Source of the DNA: OCS116 cluster bacterium AG-435-F03
Lineage (GTDB): Bacteria > Pseudomonadota > Alphaproteobacteria > MED-G09
Length of the DNA: 64,000 nucleotides
Assembly (NCBI GenBank): GCA_003212795.1
Contig: QCOV01000001.1
Location: 27,321-91,320, forward strand
Direction of reading: 5' to 3'
Shown here piece by piece: positions 61,940 to 64,000 of this stretch. The position numbers and the translations under genes were made by a program. The notes under the pieces were generated by a model. It worked only from the letters and a program-made list of their open reading frames with translations. It did not search any database and was not told the origin of the DNA. Position 1 is the stretch's first letter. Every line of letters starts with the position of its first letter.

Positions 61940-62985
61940 TGACTGATGAGACATCGCAATTATTGTCTGACACAGCTGAAAAACTTTTTAGTGATCATGT
62001 TACAAAAAACTGTATAATTGATGCTGAAAAAGGTACATGGCCTGACGAATTATGGTCTGAAGTAATTGCTAATGGTTTCAATCTAATATTAGTTCCTGAA
62101 GAATTAGGCGGAGTTGGCGGCAACTGGATGAATGCTGGTATTCTTTTTAAAGCTTTAGGCAGATATCAAGCGCCTATTCCTCTAGCAGAAAATATTGTTG
62201 CCTCATATATTTTAAGTTTGGCAGGAATTTCACAACCTACAGACTCAATTCTAACGATACTTAATGGAGCCTTTGTAGCTGAAAATGATCTATTATCAGG
62301 GAGTTCACCAAGAACACCTTTTGCTTCTTACTCAACTCATGGTGTGGTTTTATATAAAGATGGTAGTGATTTAAAGGTTGGATTAATTGAGATTGATAAA
62401 AATAACTTAAAGGATAACAATAATATTGCTTTAGAAAATAGAGGACATATTGAATTAGACAAAGTTTCATTTATTGAGAATTCTAAAGTTGATTGCGACT
62501 CAAATTTAGTAAAAAAATTAGGTGCTTTAATGCGATCAAATCAGATGGCAGGAGCCCTTGAGTCTATATTGACCCAGTCCGTTAGATATGCAAATGAGAG
62601 AATTCAATTTGGCAGACCAATAGGTAAATTCCAAGCAATACAGCAAGACCTTGCAGTCTTATCTACACATGTTGCTGCATCATCTGTGGCAGCAGATTAT
62701 GCATGTTCTTCAATGGATAAAGGTAATCCAGATTTTGCTATTGCGGTTGCAAAAAGTAGAATTGATGATGCTGTATCAGTTGGCGCTGGAATCGCACATC
62801 AGGTGCATGGTGCAATTGGTTTCACTTATGAGCATGGACTCCATTTTGCAACAAGAAGATTATGGGCTTGGAGAGCAGAGTATGGTTCGGGCAGTGAATG
62901 GTCTAAAGTTCTTGGAGAAAAAGCGATTTCTAATGGTGCGGATAAATTTTGGCCTTCAATAACGCAAGGTGATCTAGATATATGA
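61939..62985 (+). CDS. Acyl-CoA dehydrogenase partner subunit
   Basis: Shorter, divergent N-terminus; RIQFGRPIGKFQAIQ, HQVHGAIGFTYEH; TAATG coupling to the upstream ACAD. Confidence 0.88.
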   Translation: MTDETSQLLSDTAEKLFSDHVTKNCIIDAEKGTWPDELWSEVIANGFNLILVPEELGGVGGNWMNAGILFKALGRYQAPIPLAENIVASYILSLAGISQPTDSILTILNGAFVAENDLLSGSSPRTPFASYSTHGVVLYKDGSDLKVGLIEIDKNNLKDNNNIALENRGHIELDKVSFIENSKVDCDSNLVKKLGALMRSNQMAGALESILTQSVRYANERIQFGRPIGKFQAIQQDLAVLSTHVAASSVAADYACSSMDKGNPDFAIAVAKSRIDDAVSVGAGIAHQVHGAIGFTYEHGLHFATRRLWAWRAEYGSGSEWSKVLGEKAISNGADKFWPSITQGDLDI

Positions 62986-63437
62986 TAAGTAGCTCTATGA
63001 ATTGGAGGTATTATGAAGATATTGAAGTTGGTGAAGAAAGAAAATCAAAATCAATAATCATAACAGAAAAAGAAATAATTGATTTTGCTGAAAAATATGA
63101 TCCTCAATGGTTTCATTCAGATCCAGAAGCATCTAAAGAATCTAGTTTTAAGGGTTTAATAGCGAGCGGAATTCATGTTGCCGCAATCTGGAGATTACTT
63201 GATCATGACGCAAATGGTGACATTAAATTTGTATGTGGAATCGGATGGGAAAATGTGAGGTGGCAGAATCCATTAAGACCTGGAGATGAAGTATATGTAT
63301 GGTCAAAATGTTTGTCGAAGAGCGATACATCATCGAATGAGAGAGGTGTAGTAATTTTTGATCACGGACTAAAAAGAAAAGACGAGATTGATTTGCTTAC
63401 TTTTAAAGGGACATGCCTAGTTTATAAAAAAAAATAG
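62982..63437 (+). CDS. MaoC-family dehydratase
   Basis: YYED, FAEKYDPQWFHSD, GLIASG, PLRPGD. Confidence 0.88.
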   Translation: MISSSMNWRYYEDIEVGEERKSKSIIITEKEIIDFAEKYDPQWFHSDPEASKESSFKGLIASGIHVAAIWRLLDHDANGDIKFVCGIGWENVRWQNPLRPGDEVYVWSKCLSKSDTSSNERGVVIFDHGLKRKDEIDLLTFKGTCLVYKKK

Positions 63438-63450
63438 GTCACCATATTTC

Positions 63451-64000
63451 TTATTCTGAAATTTCAAAATTCAACAAAACATTTCCAGCTAATCTACCAC
63501 CATACTGATAACCAGAATTAATTAGCAAATTATCATCCACTATAACTGGTCCATCAGATTCAATTGATCCGCCACTCGCTTCTATTCCAGCAAGTTCGGT
63601 AAAATCAACATTTGTATTAAATTCCCAGAGAAGTTCACCACTATTTTTATCCAAAACATAAACCCAGCCATCAAAACCTCCACCAATTACGAGGTCATTT
63701 GTTGCTGTAAGTGCTGCAGAAATACCAACATCACAAGCAGGTTTTGAATTTTCTGAACATCTATCGACTGGAGTAAACTTCCAATTAAGTTTTCCTGACA
63801 TCCCATCAAGTGAATATATTCCAGGTGTTGCAGGACCAGGAAATTTATTTATAAAATTTGTATCTGCAACAGCTGCAAAAATACTTTTGTTATCTGTTGC
63901 CATTCCCCAATGTACTCCACCAGCAAATCCACCTTTCCCAATCCTTTTAATCCATAGTGGCTTACCTTTATTATCAGGATCAAGACCATAAACATGTCCA
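63451..64000 (-). CDS. PQQ-binding beta-propeller dehydrogenase, polyvinyl-alcohol dehydrogenase-like (5' truncated)
   Basis: Frame open to window end (GHVYGLDPDNKGKPLW...GGVHWGMATD); Trp-docking repeats, GGSIESDGPV, INSGY. Confidence 0.8.
   Translation of the reverse strand, partial: GHVYGLDPDNKGKPLWIKRIGKGGFAGGVHWGMATDNKSIFAAVADTNFINKFPGPATPGIYSLDGMSGKLNWKFTPVDRCSENSKPACDVGISAALTATNDLVIGGGFDGWVYVLDKNSGELLWEFNTNVDFTELAGIEASGGSIESDGPVIVDDNLLINSGYQYGGRLAGNVLLNFEISE

Overview
AT-rich (roughly 30% GC by eye), gene-dense chromosomal segment of a streamlined, probably marine, alphaproteobacterium. The lineage call rests on the diagnostic tRNA-Thr / small ORF-murA-DUF2948-hisD-UPF0262-infA-yacG-tRNA-Phe block and is an inference. 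It carries housekeeping genes (metF, metH, murA, hisD, infA, yacG, moaA, rpoN, acs, two tRNAs) and many catabolic genes for lipids, organic acids and xenobiotics (four acyl-CoA dehydrogenases, an SCP2-type thiolase with a DUF35 partner, CoA-transferases, esterases, a Rieske oxygenase, a P450, a haloalkane dehalogenase and a PQQ dehydrogenase). It also has transporters (MFS, ActP, SLC13, AmtB, a TorF-like porin and an RND system). I found no mobile element, prophage or CRISPR array. The most interesting signals are: (1) a sigma54-driven torF-amtB operon with no glnK, whose 3' UTR folds into a hairpin displaying an anti-Shine-Dalgarno loop (UCUCCUCCCC) before a strong terminator, a candidate nitrogen-controlled 3'UTR-derived sRNA; (2) a reverse-oriented sigma54 site directly upstream of a stand-alone rpoN; (3) an apparently highly expressed, monocistronic 73-aa glycine-rich membrane protein of unknown function; (4) a SauS/AdhE-type acylating aldehyde dehydrogenase in the slot usually held by mmsA; (5) several enzymes with non-canonical catalytic or metal-binding residues. 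All protein calls come from motif recognition, not database searches.
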